Shown in pieces: positions 23,970-32,138 of a DNA stretch of 60,040 bases (position 1 is its first letter; the number at the start of each line of letters is the position of its first letter). Source of the stretch: Patescibacteria group bacterium. GTDB lineage: Bacteria > Patescibacteriota > Patescibacteriia > Veblenbacterales > UBA10138. Where the stretch lies: NCBI GenBank assembly GCA_041648575.1, contig JBAZOT010000007.1, forward strand, positions 1-60,040. The letters run 5' to 3'. The notes beneath the pieces are model-generated. The model saw nothing but the letters and a program-made list of their open reading frames with translations. It ran no database searches and had not been told where the DNA came from. The position numbers were made by a program, and so were the translations under genes.

Positions 23970-24263
23970 ATACTTCTGTTTAAGAATTTCTTTTTGTTGA
24001 CCTGTTTTATAAAACTTCTCTCCCCTAATCGCGTCTTTTCTGCTTTCATATTCCTGTATTTTCAGTAATTTCCATGGTCTATATCCTTTAGTGGATTTTA
24101 CTTTACCTTGATTGTGCTGACGAAAACGAACTTGGACATCAGCTGAGCTACCTACATAAATATCACCATTTAATAAACTAACTAAAATGTAAACGTAATA
24201 CTTAATAAATGATGGTTTTGTCGTCCCTACGGGAGATCTCCCGAAGGGGAGACGGACTCCCAC
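23949..24263 (-). CDS. GIY-YIG nuclease-family protein (small URI-domain type); start codon uncertain
   Basis: YYVYILVSLLNGDIYVGSSADVQVRFRQHNQG...PWKLLKIQEYESRKDAIRGEKFYK. No in-frame ATG before the domain; the only upstream start is GTG at 24263, inside the tRNA-like 5-prime half. The last 7 codons overlap tRNA-Cys (23949-23969). Confidence 0.7.
   Translation of the reverse strand: MGVRLPFGRSPVGTTKPSFIKYYVYILVSLLNGDIYVGSSADVQVRFRQHNQGKVKSTKGYRPWKLLKIQEYESRKDAIRGEKFYKTGQQKEILKQKYGHVAKW
24214..24255. repeat. Direct repeat X (approx. 42 nt) bounding the GIY-YIG / tRNA-Cys insertion
   Basis: ggttttgtcgtccctacgggagatctcccgaaggggagacgg; contains the perfect palindrome GGGAGATCTCCC and alternating GGGAG/CTCCC segments. 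Confidence 0.8.
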
Positions 24264-24301
24264 CTCACCACTTGCCTGTCTACCGTAGGTAGAGCTACCT
24301 G
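24251..24301 (-). pseudogene. 5-prime half of the same tRNA-Cys-like gene, with a 19-nt hairpin inserted in the D-arm
   Basis: Minus strand GGCCAGG TA GC[TCTACCTACGGTAGACAGG]CAAGTGGTGAGGT G GGAGTC versus tRNA-Cys GGCCACG TA GC-CAAGTGGTAAGGC G GGAGTC. Acceptor GGCCAGG pairs with CCTGGCC at 23804-23810. Confidence 0.6.
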
Positions 24302-24332
24302 GCCCAATACTTATGACACACTAGACTCTAAC

Positions 24333-24374
24333 AAAAAAAATGAGAAATAGCAATCCGCTTTCCTCATTTTCTCA
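24333..24374 (-). terminator. Rho-independent terminator of the 3D-domain gene
   Basis: Minus strand ATGAGAAA-20 nt loop-TTTCTCAT-TTTTTTTT. Confidence 0.7.
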
Positions 24375-24385
24375 TTAGTTAATAA

Positions 24386-24901
24386 TTATAAAACCTCAAC
24401 TGTTAAGTACTGCAAACCCCAATCCTCTGCTTGCTCCCTGGTTAACATCCAAATGTCAACTCTTCGGGAAAAACGATCATTCATTCTATCTTCTACTACA
24501 AACACCTGATCGCCAAAATATTCAGGAATTCTAATCTGAGCGCCCAAGGGTAACCAATTGGCTGCTACGATTCCTTCGTGCACTACTGCACCCGAGGCAG
24601 TAATAAACGGCGTATCATCAGTCTGGTCAATAGTGGAAGAATAAGCAGTAACAATAATCTTGACACTATAACGTGCTGACCGCAAATCATTCTCTGGAAA
24701 ATTCTGCGCAGTTATTTGAGATAAAGAAACATCTTCAATTAAAGCTGTGTTTACTATTGATCCATCAAACGATGCTGCCGCAACTGAATGTTGAGGAAAT
24801 GTCCATTCCAAAGCCAAAGTAAAAATTGCTACAAAAATCAGGACTTTTCTTATAGTCTGTTCCAATTTCTTATCTTTAGCGTATTTTCTTAGATATTTCA
24901 T
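24386..24901 (-). CDS. 3D-domain (MltA/RlpA-like) cell-wall protein with an N-terminal TM anchor
   Basis: VTAYSSTIDQTDDTPFITASGAVVHEGIVAANWLPLGAQIRIPEYFGDQVFVVEDRMNDRFSRRVDIWM. Confidence 0.75.
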   Translation of the reverse strand: MKYLRKYAKDKKLEQTIRKVLIFVAIFTLALEWTFPQHSVAAASFDGSIVNTALIEDVSLSQITAQNFPENDLRSARYSVKIIVTAYSSTIDQTDDTPFITASGAVVHEGIVAANWLPLGAQIRIPEYFGDQVFVVEDRMNDRFSRRVDIWMLTREQAEDWGLQYLTVEVL

Positions 24902-25064
24902 ATATTTTGGTACTAAAAAAACTCCCTACACTGGGGGTTTTATTACCCTTATATGATACCATACTTGACTTAATAAGTCAAGGAATCGGGGTATAAAAAA
25001 TTTATTTTATAACCAACTAAAATTAATTATTTTTTACTATTTTTTTATATTGATTACTTAAAAA

Positions 25065-25640
25065 TCACGAATGATGGTCAGTACTCTGTTGAGTGGGATG
25101 AATTTTGTGCCAACCATCTGTTAATTTAATTATTTTTTCTGCTACTTGATATGAATTTGGTACATTTCGGAATACCGCATTCTGTTCCATGCCGGCAGTT
25201 TGAATAACAATATTGCCATAATGAAATATTGTAGGAAAAATTCCCTTAACCTCGGTGGTGGCATCCTCCACTCTTGATAATCTAAGTTCGCTGCGGAAAC
25301 GATTGAACAAACCTTTTTGTTCAATGGAAATTATCCGCTCATTAGTAACCAACCAAACATCCAAATAATAATCAACCCAAGCAGTCCAAAAAAATACCCA
25401 AACTCCTAAATAATAAATACTGGCAGCTAATTTTACTAATATTTCAGTTAATCCACCGTCAAATAAAATCTCCCAACGATCAGGTAAATAGCGTATAAAA
25501 ACTAGTGCCAATATCACTGGCATAATTAACAACAACAAATATTTAATCAATTCCAAAAAAAATGTAAACCAGTGACGGCGTAAATAAAATATTACTTGTT
25601 CTCCTGGTAATGGTGATGATAAAACTTTTCCCAGCCACAT
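25065..25640 (-). CDS. Membrane protein with a bacterial PH (bPH_2, YdbS/YdbT-like) domain
   Basis: Two N-terminal TM pairs, then LVTNERIISIEQKGLFNRFRSELRLSRVEDATTEVKGIFPTIFHYGNIVIQTAG. Confidence 0.5.
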   Translation of the reverse strand: MWLGKVLSSPLPGEQVIFYLRRHWFTFFLELIKYLLLLIMPVILALVFIRYLPDRWEILFDGGLTEILVKLAASIYYLGVWVFFWTAWVDYYLDVWLVTNERIISIEQKGLFNRFRSELRLSRVEDATTEVKGIFPTIFHYGNIVIQTAGMEQNAVFRNVPNSYQVAEKIIKLTDGWHKIHPTQQSTDHHS

Positions 25641-25646
25641 AAAAAA

Positions 25647-25916
25647 TTAAAACGGATTAAAAGAATTATAAGCTTGCCCAATAGTTAATTCTTCATGCCA
25701 ATTCACACCGGATAAAACAGAAAAAGAAATAAATAAAATAAAAGCTGTTCCGGCGATTAATAAAAAAGTCATGAATACTGCCGTAGGGGAGAAAAAACCA
25801 TATCTTAAAAGATGATGCAAACTAGCCACGGTAAAAAATAAAATAATGGCAATGGCTATAATATAAACAATCAAAAAAGCCGAATAGGGAATGGCAAAAT
25901 TAAAATCAAACTCCAT
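25647..25916 (-). CDS. Small 3-TM membrane protein, unknown function
   Basis: 89 aa, hydrophobic throughout; 6-nt gaps to both neighbours, so in an operon with ruvB. Confidence 0.55.
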   Translation of the reverse strand: MEFDFNFAIPYSAFLIVYIIAIAIILFFTVASLHHLLRYGFFSPTAVFMTFLLIAGTAFILFISFSVLSGVNWHEELTIGQAYNSFNPF

Positions 25917-25922
25917 AAATAA

Positions 25923-26951
25923 TTAAACTAATGTAGACTGGGACTTGGTTGGCTCGGTTATGCCTAAATGCTGATAAGCCGCTTGGGTAGCAACCCGCCC
26001 GCGAGAAGTGCGGGTTAAAAATCCTTGTTGCATTAAAAAGGGTTCATAAATTTCTTCAATCGTTCCCATTTCTTCTTGCAAACTAGCAGCAATGCTATTT
26101 AAACCCACAGGACCACCCTTAAACTTTTCAATAATAACTCTTAATATTTGTCTGTCTAAGTCATCAAGTCCCAAAGGATCAACCATTAATTGATCAAGGG
26201 CTGATTCGGCAATATCCTTACTAATTTTACCATCATGCATTACTTGAGCATAATCTCTAACGCGTTTTAATAACCGATTAGCCACCCGTGGTGTGGCGCG
26301 AGCTCGCCGGGCAATGGCGGTTTGGGCTGCGGCATCAATTGGCACTTTTAACAACTTAGCCGCTCGTTTAACTATTTGCTCCATTTCCTCTAAATTATAA
26401 AAATCCAAACGCCAGGTTGCGCCAAATCGATTACGCAGCGGACCAGATATTAAATAATAACGGGTAGTAGCACCAATTAAAGTAAACCGGGGTAAATCTA
26501 ATCTTAAAGTCCTGGCTGACGGACCTTTGCCAATTATTAAATCCAAAGCAAAATCTTCCATTGCCGGATATAACACTTCTTCTATTACTTTATTTAAACG
26601 ATGAATTTCATCAATGAATAAAATATCACCAGCCTGCAGGTTAGTTAAAATAGCTGCCAAATCACCAGCTCTTTCAATTGCCGGCCCAGAAGTAATTTTT
26701 ATATTTGCCCCCATTTCATGGGCAATTACATAGGCCAAGGTTGTTTTACCAAGTCCAGGCGGCCCGTAAAGCAACACATGCTCAATTGGTTCTTTACGTT
26801 TTTTGGCAGCAGCTAAAAAAATGTGTAAATTAGCTTTTACTTGCTCTTGCCCCACATATTCAGCCAGGGTTTTAGGCCTTAAAGTTGTATCTAAAAATTT
26901 ATCCTCCGGCTGTTCTTTTTGAGCGACAATTCTTTCGTTATCTTGAATCAT
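25923..26951 (-). CDS. ruvB: Holliday junction DNA helicase RuvB
   Basis: [49 protein letters not shown]. Confidence 0.97.
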   Translation of the reverse strand: MIQDNERIVAQKEQPEDKFLDTTLRPKTLAEYVGQEQVKANLHIFLAAAKKRKEPIEHVLLYGPPGLGKTTLAYVIAHEMGANIKITSGPAIERAGDLAAILTNLQAGDILFIDEIHRLNKVIEEVLYPAMEDFALDLIIGKGPSARTLRLDLPRFTLIGATTRYYLISGPLRNRFGATWRLDFYNLEEMEQIVKRAAKLLKVPIDAAAQTAIARRARATPRVANRLLKRVRDYAQVMHDGKISKDIAESALDQLMVDPLGLDDLDRQILRVIIEKFKGGPVGLNSIAASLQEEMGTIEEIYEPFLMQQGFLTRTSRGRVATQAAYQHLGITEPTKSQSTLV

Positions 26952-27061
26952 AAAACTACTTTCAGGATACCTTCTCTTGCTGCTCTTGACAAGAATTAAT
27001 AGGTTTGCTATGATGATATGTTTCCTATGGGAAATTGAATATTCAAGCTTTAAATTATAAT

Positions 27062-27212
27062 ATAAAAAGCCCTATTTAAGGGCTCTCTAGGTACCTCTAG
27101 AGGAGGTGGCACGACAAGCATGGGAATCTTACAGTAGGCCTGTCCCGGCTTTTAGCTAGGACGCGACCTATAAAGATTTTCTTGCCACCCCCTTTAGGGG
27201 TGTCTTTTATTT
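27062..27212. ncRNA. Candidate structured ncRNA, family not identified and orientation ambiguous
   Basis: Long-range helix GGAGGTGGCA (27102-27111) / TGCCACCCCC (27184-27193) with internal AATCTT/AAGATT and CCTA/TAGG pairings. Minus-strand terminator AGCCCTTAAATAGGGCT-TTTTTAT at 27062-27084. Plus-strand terminator CACCCC-CTTT-AGGGGTG-TCTTTTATTT at 27186-27212. GC-rich island in a 336-nt spacer. Confidence 0.4.
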
Positions 27213-27287
27213 CAGTATAATTAATTAAAAAATATTTACAATACCTAAGGGTTATCTAAACACCACTATTCATATCTTTAGTTACGG

Positions 27288-29171
27288 TTAATTACCGGAT
27301 TGCCCAGTAGTATCAATTGAAGAGGGCGATGTTTCACTGGTTTGGTTTTGTTCTAATGTTCCTTTAGGTACACCAATTAAACACACCTCTTGCCATGGTA
27401 CATAATGGCTTTTAAACACCACCTCCTGTTCCTCGCCACCAGGATAAGTCACAGTATAGGTAAATTCCGTATCAGCGCCATTGTGAGCGCGTTCAGTACA
27501 CTTTTTTTCGCCTACTGGCAGATCTTCAGTTTCCACTAATTTGGTTGGTGGCGGAGAAGCAATATTAAATATTCGCGGAGTGGTTTGCTCTACTTGCCGG
27601 CCGTCGCTGGTACCCCAAAATTCAAAAATTAAATTATCTCCTTCTATTTTGGTTTGAATCAAAATGACATTACCAGTATCATTGGCAAATCTAAAATCTG
27701 GCTTAGGATCATAAATTGTGGCGTCGGTTCCTGCTGGTTCATAATAAGACACACGATAAGAATGATTACGCCGCTCCAAAATAGGCAAACCAGAAGCCAG
27801 AGTAACGCGGAAAGTAGTAGTGCCAATTTGACACAACCCGCCGCCATACTCGGGTATAGTTTTATTGCCCTTAATTACTAACTCTGGTAAATAACCGGTA
27901 TCCGCATTTATTTCACCTAAAGTTTTAATTAAAGAAAATTCTTCGTCTGGCTTTATCAACACACCATTTAAAGTATCCGCCCCTACTTTAATATTATGCC
28001 GCCGATTTTTAGGACTGCCTTTAAAATTTGAAGTACCCACACCTAACAACTCTTTTATTCCTAAATCATTAACTTCGCCAGTGGAAACCGATGGCTCGGT
28101 AGTTTCAATAACTACCACCACCGTAGTTTCTGGTTGTAAAATAAGTGCTTGTTCAATAGCTTTAAGGGTGGCTAACTCATTCATTTTTTTCCCTGCTCGG
28201 CTGGGTTGAAACTGTACTACGCGGCTGTTTTGCAGTTCAAATTTGGCATCTTGTGCTGAAACATTAATTTTACCAGCCAGTTCATTAAAAAATTCTGCTG
28301 TCCGCTCTGGGCTAAAACCAACTTTATAATTGCCATCTTGTTCTAAAATGTTTATCCAACTATGCCAAACTACTGGTTCTAACTGCCACTTTAAATCGTC
28401 ACTAACTAAAGTTAAGGTAATATCTTTTAACCAAGCTCTAGCTTCGGGCAACAAACGTAAAACTTGCTTTTCAGTTAACTGCGGAGCTGTTAAAACTAAA
28501 TCCAAAGCTATTGGTTTATTAGAAAAATTATTAATTCTGCTACTTAAAGCATTAAAAAATTTTTCTTGATTAAGCACCGTTCCTGTTTGTTCAACTACCA
28601 CTTTCAAATCACCAATCGCATCTAAAATCAATTTTGCTGGTTGGGGCGGTTTTTCCAATTCAGCAAAATTTTCTTTGAGAAAAGTTAAAATACGCTCTCG
28701 CTCTAAGGTTCCCTGAAGCGATATGGTGGTTTTTGCCAGTCTAATAATTAACGGCTGCCATAAACTACGCGCCCAACCACCGCTTCTACCCACTTGCTTA
28801 GCAGAATTGATTGTTTTTTCAATATCTACTGAAATTAAACTATAGGTTAAATCGGGATCACCAGCAGCTGAAAGTAATACCGGCAACGTAACTTTACGGC
28901 CATCTGCTGACTCCAACTGCCAACCAGTTTGCGAAATACTATACCATTTTTGTTTGATTAATTGTTCAGCTGCAACCGGAGATAACGAGCCGACATTAAC
29001 TGATCCAATATTAACTCCAGGAAAAATTCTGCCGGTATATACAGTATTATAAACTAACGGCAACAATAAAAAAATAAAAAAAATAACAATTGCCACCATC
29101 CACCAATTTTTTACTAACTGATGTTGCTTAATTGGACTAATGGGTTTTTGTTTTCCTTTAATCAGCGACAT
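27288..29171 (-). CDS. VanW-family protein with an N-terminal TM anchor
   Basis: 627 aa; GGGLCQIGTTTFRVTLASGLPILERRNHSYRVSYY VanW core. Confidence 0.8.
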   Translation of the reverse strand: MSLIKGKQKPISPIKQHQLVKNWWMVAIVIFFIFLLLPLVYNTVYTGRIFPGVNIGSVNVGSLSPVAAEQLIKQKWYSISQTGWQLESADGRKVTLPVLLSAAGDPDLTYSLISVDIEKTINSAKQVGRSGGWARSLWQPLIIRLAKTTISLQGTLERERILTFLKENFAELEKPPQPAKLILDAIGDLKVVVEQTGTVLNQEKFFNALSSRINNFSNKPIALDLVLTAPQLTEKQVLRLLPEARAWLKDITLTLVSDDLKWQLEPVVWHSWINILEQDGNYKVGFSPERTAEFFNELAGKINVSAQDAKFELQNSRVVQFQPSRAGKKMNELATLKAIEQALILQPETTVVVVIETTEPSVSTGEVNDLGIKELLGVGTSNFKGSPKNRRHNIKVGADTLNGVLIKPDEEFSLIKTLGEINADTGYLPELVIKGNKTIPEYGGGLCQIGTTTFRVTLASGLPILERRNHSYRVSYYEPAGTDATIYDPKPDFRFANDTGNVILIQTKIEGDNLIFEFWGTSDGRQVEQTTPRIFNIASPPPTKLVETEDLPVGEKKCTERAHNGADTEFTYTVTYPGGEEQEVVFKSHYVPWQEVCLIGVPKGTLEQNQTSETSPSSIDTTGQSGN

Positions 29172-29400
29172 TATTTTTTTTTCCTAATATCTGTTTAAGC
29201 AAAATTTTGGCCAACTGTTCTTGCGCTACAGTACCAGCTTGATTATTGCTAAAATTTAAACCTAACCTTGCCCCTTCGCGACTGCCAGTTGGCAACAATG
29301 CTAAATCAATTATTAGCTCTTGGCCATCATATGTTCTAATAACTGCTTTACCATTTTCTAATCTATCAACGGTTACTGATAATCCAAGTTGTTCTGTCAT
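29158..29400 (-). CDS. DUF3006-like small protein
   Basis: VTVDRLENGKAVIRTYDGQELIIDLALLPTGSREGARLGLNF; overlaps the VanW start by 14 nt. Confidence 0.45.
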   Translation of the reverse strand: MTEQLGLSVTVDRLENGKAVIRTYDGQELIIDLALLPTGSREGARLGLNFSNNQAGTVAQEQLAKILLKQILGKKNNVAD

Positions 29401-29408
29401 ATAAAATA

Positions 29409-29861
29409 TTATTTTTCTTCTTCAAAATCATCTTGTTCTTCAACTGCTACTGAAATTTCCTGACCATGTACTGCTTTGGGTAGCACTAAAGTTAAAACAC
29501 CATTTTTTAAAGTAGCTTCGGCTTCATCAGCCTTCACTTCCATAGGTAAAACAATGGAACGTGAAAAACCGCCCCAATAACACTCCTGATAAAAATAATC
29601 ATCTGGCCGCACCGCTTCTTCTTGTTGACGTTCGCCACGAATGGTTACTAGATCATTATTTATAGTAATATCCAAATCATCAGGCCTAACTCCAGCAATA
29701 GTAGATTTAATAACAATTGCATCTTTAGTTTGATAAACATCGACTGATAATTGACCCTCGTAACCGGTTTCCAACCATTCTTCTTGCTCGGCTGAATCGC
29801 CAATCGGCACATCTAGTTGTTCCTCTTTGGTTTTATTTTTGAATAATGAAAATTTGGACAT
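29409..29861 (-). CDS. Hsp20/alpha-crystallin small heat-shock protein
   Basis: LSVDVYQTKDAIVIKSTIAGVRPDDLDITINNDLVTIRGER...FSRSIVLPMEVKADEAEATLKNGVLTLVLPK. Confidence 0.9.
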   Translation of the reverse strand: MSKFSLFKNKTKEEQLDVPIGDSAEQEEWLETGYEGQLSVDVYQTKDAIVIKSTIAGVRPDDLDITINNDLVTIRGERQQEEAVRPDDYFYQECYWGGFSRSIVLPMEVKADEAEATLKNGVLTLVLPKAVHGQEISVAVEEQDDFEEEK

Positions 29862-29933
29862 GACTAAAAAAAAGTTTTAGACTAAGCTTATCTAAAGTAT
29901 AGCAATATTTTCCAGCCAAACCAAATAAGACAG

Positions 29934-29962
29934 TTGACGCAGAACAAAAAAACATTTACAAT
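29934..29962 (+). promoter_or_regulatory. Sigma70-like promoter of tRNA-Glu
   Basis: TTGACG (29934-29939), 17-nt spacer, TACAAT (29957-29962), 24 nt upstream of the tRNA. Confidence 0.6.
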
Positions 29963-29986
29963 GCGAATACTTTATAGTGTCATTGT

Positions 29987-30064
29987 GCCGCCATCGTCTA
30001 GTCCGGTCTAGGACGCCAGGTTTTCATCCTGGTAACCCGGGTTCGAATCCCGGTGGCGGTACCA
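29987..30064 (+). tRNA. tRNA-Glu (anticodon TTC), CCA encoded
   Basis: GCCGCCA TC GTCTAGTCCGGTCTAGGAC G CCAGG TTTTCAT CCTGG TAAC CCGGG TTCGAAT CCCGG TGGCGGT A CCA (G1-U72 wobble). Confidence 0.88.
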
Positions 30065-30132
30065 ACCCTCCCTAGAGATGCTGGGTGGTTTTAGGATAAA
30101 AAGAGCATACCTGGGAATTATTTCAAATTTTT

Positions 30133-30567
30133 CTACTTCAATTTAGGATAATCGACCAAATACCTCGAGATAACAATTCCGATGTTTTTAATACTCTTTC
30201 GGTGAGATACAGCTTTACTTTTTGCTATACCTAAGGTTATAACGTATAAATTTTGGTTACTTATTGTGAGCCATTTACCATTTTTAGATAAAAAATAGAG
30301 TAAGCTCATTACGGCGATTCTCTTATTCCCGTTTTGAAAAGGATGATTTTTTATCATTAAATAAAATAGAGTAGTTGCCTTCGCTACTAGTCCTCGATAC
30401 ATATCTTTTTTGGAAAACTTAATAAACGGCTGTTTCAAGCAGCTTTCTAAAATATTCGGAAACCGTAAACCAAAATTTGGAATTGGTTCATCCCAAATCA
30501 TAAACTTTTCGGCTAGTCGAAAGGCCATATATTCTACCTCAGCAACGGTTATTGGTTTAGGTCTCAT
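30133..30567 (-). CDS. doc: Doc (death-on-curing) / Fic-fold toxin
   Basis: 144 aa; catalytic motif HPFQNGNKRIAV; 4-nt overlap with the upstream HTH gene. Confidence 0.8.
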   Translation of the reverse strand: MRPKPITVAEVEYMAFRLAEKFMIWDEPIPNFGLRFPNILESCLKQPFIKFSKKDMYRGLVAKATTLFYLMIKNHPFQNGNKRIAVMSLLYFLSKNGKWLTISNQNLYVITLGIAKSKAVSHRKSIKNIGIVISRYLVDYPKLK

Positions 30568-30818
30568 TCTTTTCCTAATAATCTGAAAGTCTTTTCGTAG
30601 TCAATAAGTGCTTTATCGACCGCACCCTCCACAGCTATTTTATTTTCTGCACCTATAGTTTGACCGAGTTTTTCTGGTATAGCTGATCGAGGAATAATAT
30701 AATTCCTACCGATTTTTACACCTTTTATTTTTCCTCTACGAACCCATTGAGAAATTGTTTTACGGCTTACTTGTAAAATATTTGCAGCTTCAATTGTAGA
30801 ATAGTATTCTTTCTCCAT
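30564..30818 (-). CDS. Excisionase-type HTH DNA-binding protein, putative antitoxin of Doc
   Basis: MEKEYYSTIEAANILQVSRKTISQWVRRGKIKGVKIGRNYIIPRSAI. ATG at 30818 preferred, because the track start at 30851 would read through the operator-like palindrome. Confidence 0.7.
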   Translation of the reverse strand: MEKEYYSTIEAANILQVSRKTISQWVRRGKIKGVKIGRNYIIPRSAIPEKLGQTIGAENKIAVEGAVDKALIDYEKTFRLLGKE

Positions 30819-30823
30819 ATAAT

Positions 30824-30851
30824 TTGTATGGTAACACATGTAACCATACAA
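30824..30851. promoter_or_regulatory. Inverted repeat (likely operator/promoter) directly upstream of the HTH-Doc operon
   Basis: TTGTATGG-12 nt (central ACATGT)-CCATACAA. On the minus strand the arms coincide with TTGTAT, a 17-nt spacer and TACAAA. Confidence 0.55.
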
Positions 30852-31326
30852 GTAAAATGCGTAAGATTAGTGAAAAATCCGACTTACTCAGATATTTATT
30901 GGTGATGTCCAATTATTCTCGAGGGTACATAACCTGAACAATTCTTATATACAAGAAAAAGTACTACTCCTAGCTAACTTACCAGCCCTATCACTTCCCT
31001 AGTATCTGGAACGTTCAACGTTCTTGCTGGGTGGTTTTTGGATAAAAAAAGAGCCAACCGAGTAATTGGCTTTTTCCAAACTCGGCTGGCTTACTGTCAC
31101 TGTTTCATCCAATCTTTTGTGAATTATTGTAACTCTGCATTACGATATTGATGACATTCATAAGGTATTACTCCTTATATTATGATTATTTATAAAGAAC
31201 AACTATATAGAACTGCCTTTATATTATACAACTGGCTAAAAAAAAATAAAAGTGAATAAAGGTGGTTTTTGAGTAAATAAAAAACTCCGCAGTCTTTTTG
31301 AGACTTTGGAGCTAATGTAAATATTT

Positions 31327-31983
31327 TTATTTATTACTAAATTGAGTATTCAATAATGTTAATTTTAATCGCACATTACTCTTTTTTACAAAAACATTTA
31401 CTTCATTATACACCACAACATTATTCTTTTTCTCAATTAGCACCTCACCGTCAATATAAGTGTAATAATCGTCATAAGTACTAATCCGGAACTTTTGCGA
31501 ATCTGGAATTGAGCTTTCCAGTTTAACCGCCGAGGCATAAAGCGTTGAATCACCACCCAAAGTAACTTTTCCGGCAAGATATCTCCGAGGGCTAGTATCA
31601 GTAAAAAATTTAAGCACAGATCCAATAAATCTAATGCCATCAACGCCCATGGTTTTAACTGTATCGTCTGGTAGTTTTACTACCGATTTTTTAAGTGTAT
31701 CAGAATAAAGTTCCACCCAATTAGTACCCTCATCGTCTACCAACAGAATGATAAAATTCTCAACTTTATTATCTGTCCATTTACATTCGTACAAGGTGAA
31801 GTAATCAGGCGCTAAACCCCAAAAAATCCATTGTCCTGCCTTAGAAAAAAACGGCGCTTCCGCCTCCGCTTTATAATTACTAATTATCATATAGGAGTTG
31901 GCTGGTAAATCAATAGATTGAGCTTGACTGATCGAAACACTAAATACAACCATGCTGGCAATTATAATTTTTAATTTACGCAT
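31327..31983 (-). CDS. Secreted hypothetical protein (signal peptide)
   Basis: MRKLKIIIASMVVFSVSISQAQS signal-like N-terminus; terminator CTCCAAAGTCT-CAAAA-AGACTGCGGAG-TTTTTT downstream at about 31281-31315. Confidence 0.6.
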   Translation of the reverse strand: MRKLKIIIASMVVFSVSISQAQSIDLPANSYMIISNYKAEAEAPFFSKAGQWIFWGLAPDYFTLYECKWTDNKVENFIILLVDDEGTNWVELYSDTLKKSVVKLPDDTVKTMGVDGIRFIGSVLKFFTDTSPRRYLAGKVTLGGDSTLYASAVKLESSIPDSQKFRISTYDDYYTYIDGEVLIEKKNNVVVYNEVNVFVKKSNVRLKLTLLNTQFSNK

Positions 31984-32138
31984 GTTAATTCCTTTTTCTT
32001 TATTATTATCTTTTATTTCGCCCCAACCTTACAACTAAATTGATAGCAAGTCAATGGCTTTTACATCTATCTAAAATTATAAAAAAATACCCCATCTAAG
32101 TTACTAATGGGGCATTTGTTAAATTTACAAAGAATTTT

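Larger units (their letters stand above)
30069..31055. mobile_element. Approx. 1-kb mini-island (HTH antitoxin + Doc toxin) bounded by imperfect direct repeats, immediately 3-prime of tRNA-Glu
   Basis: R1 30069-30107 tccctagagatGCTGGGTGGTTTTAGGATAAAAAGAGCa. R2 30996-31055 tccctagtat...GCTGGGTGGTTTTTGGATAAAAAAAGAGCc, which carries an extra GAACGTTCAACGTTC insert. Confidence 0.55.

Noticed and set aside
23800-24301. Interpreting the interrupted tRNA as a functional tRNA with a self-splicing group I intron that houses the GIY-YIG ORF
   Set aside because: The intervening ~420 nt contain a complete independent tRNA-Cys and an AT-rich linker, and I cannot identify a P3-P9 group I core. The D-arm of the 5-prime half has a 19-nt insertion and the anticodon region reads GACA instead of GCA. 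A disrupted pseudogene is more parsimonious.
27062-27212. Identification of this element as SRP (4.5S) RNA, 6S RNA or a tRNA-like RNA
   Set aside because: I could not find the invariant SRP domain IV features (GNRA tetraloop flanked by the GGAA / AGCAGC-type loops) on either strand, nor any tmRNA or RNase P signature. It is kept only as an unassigned structured candidate.
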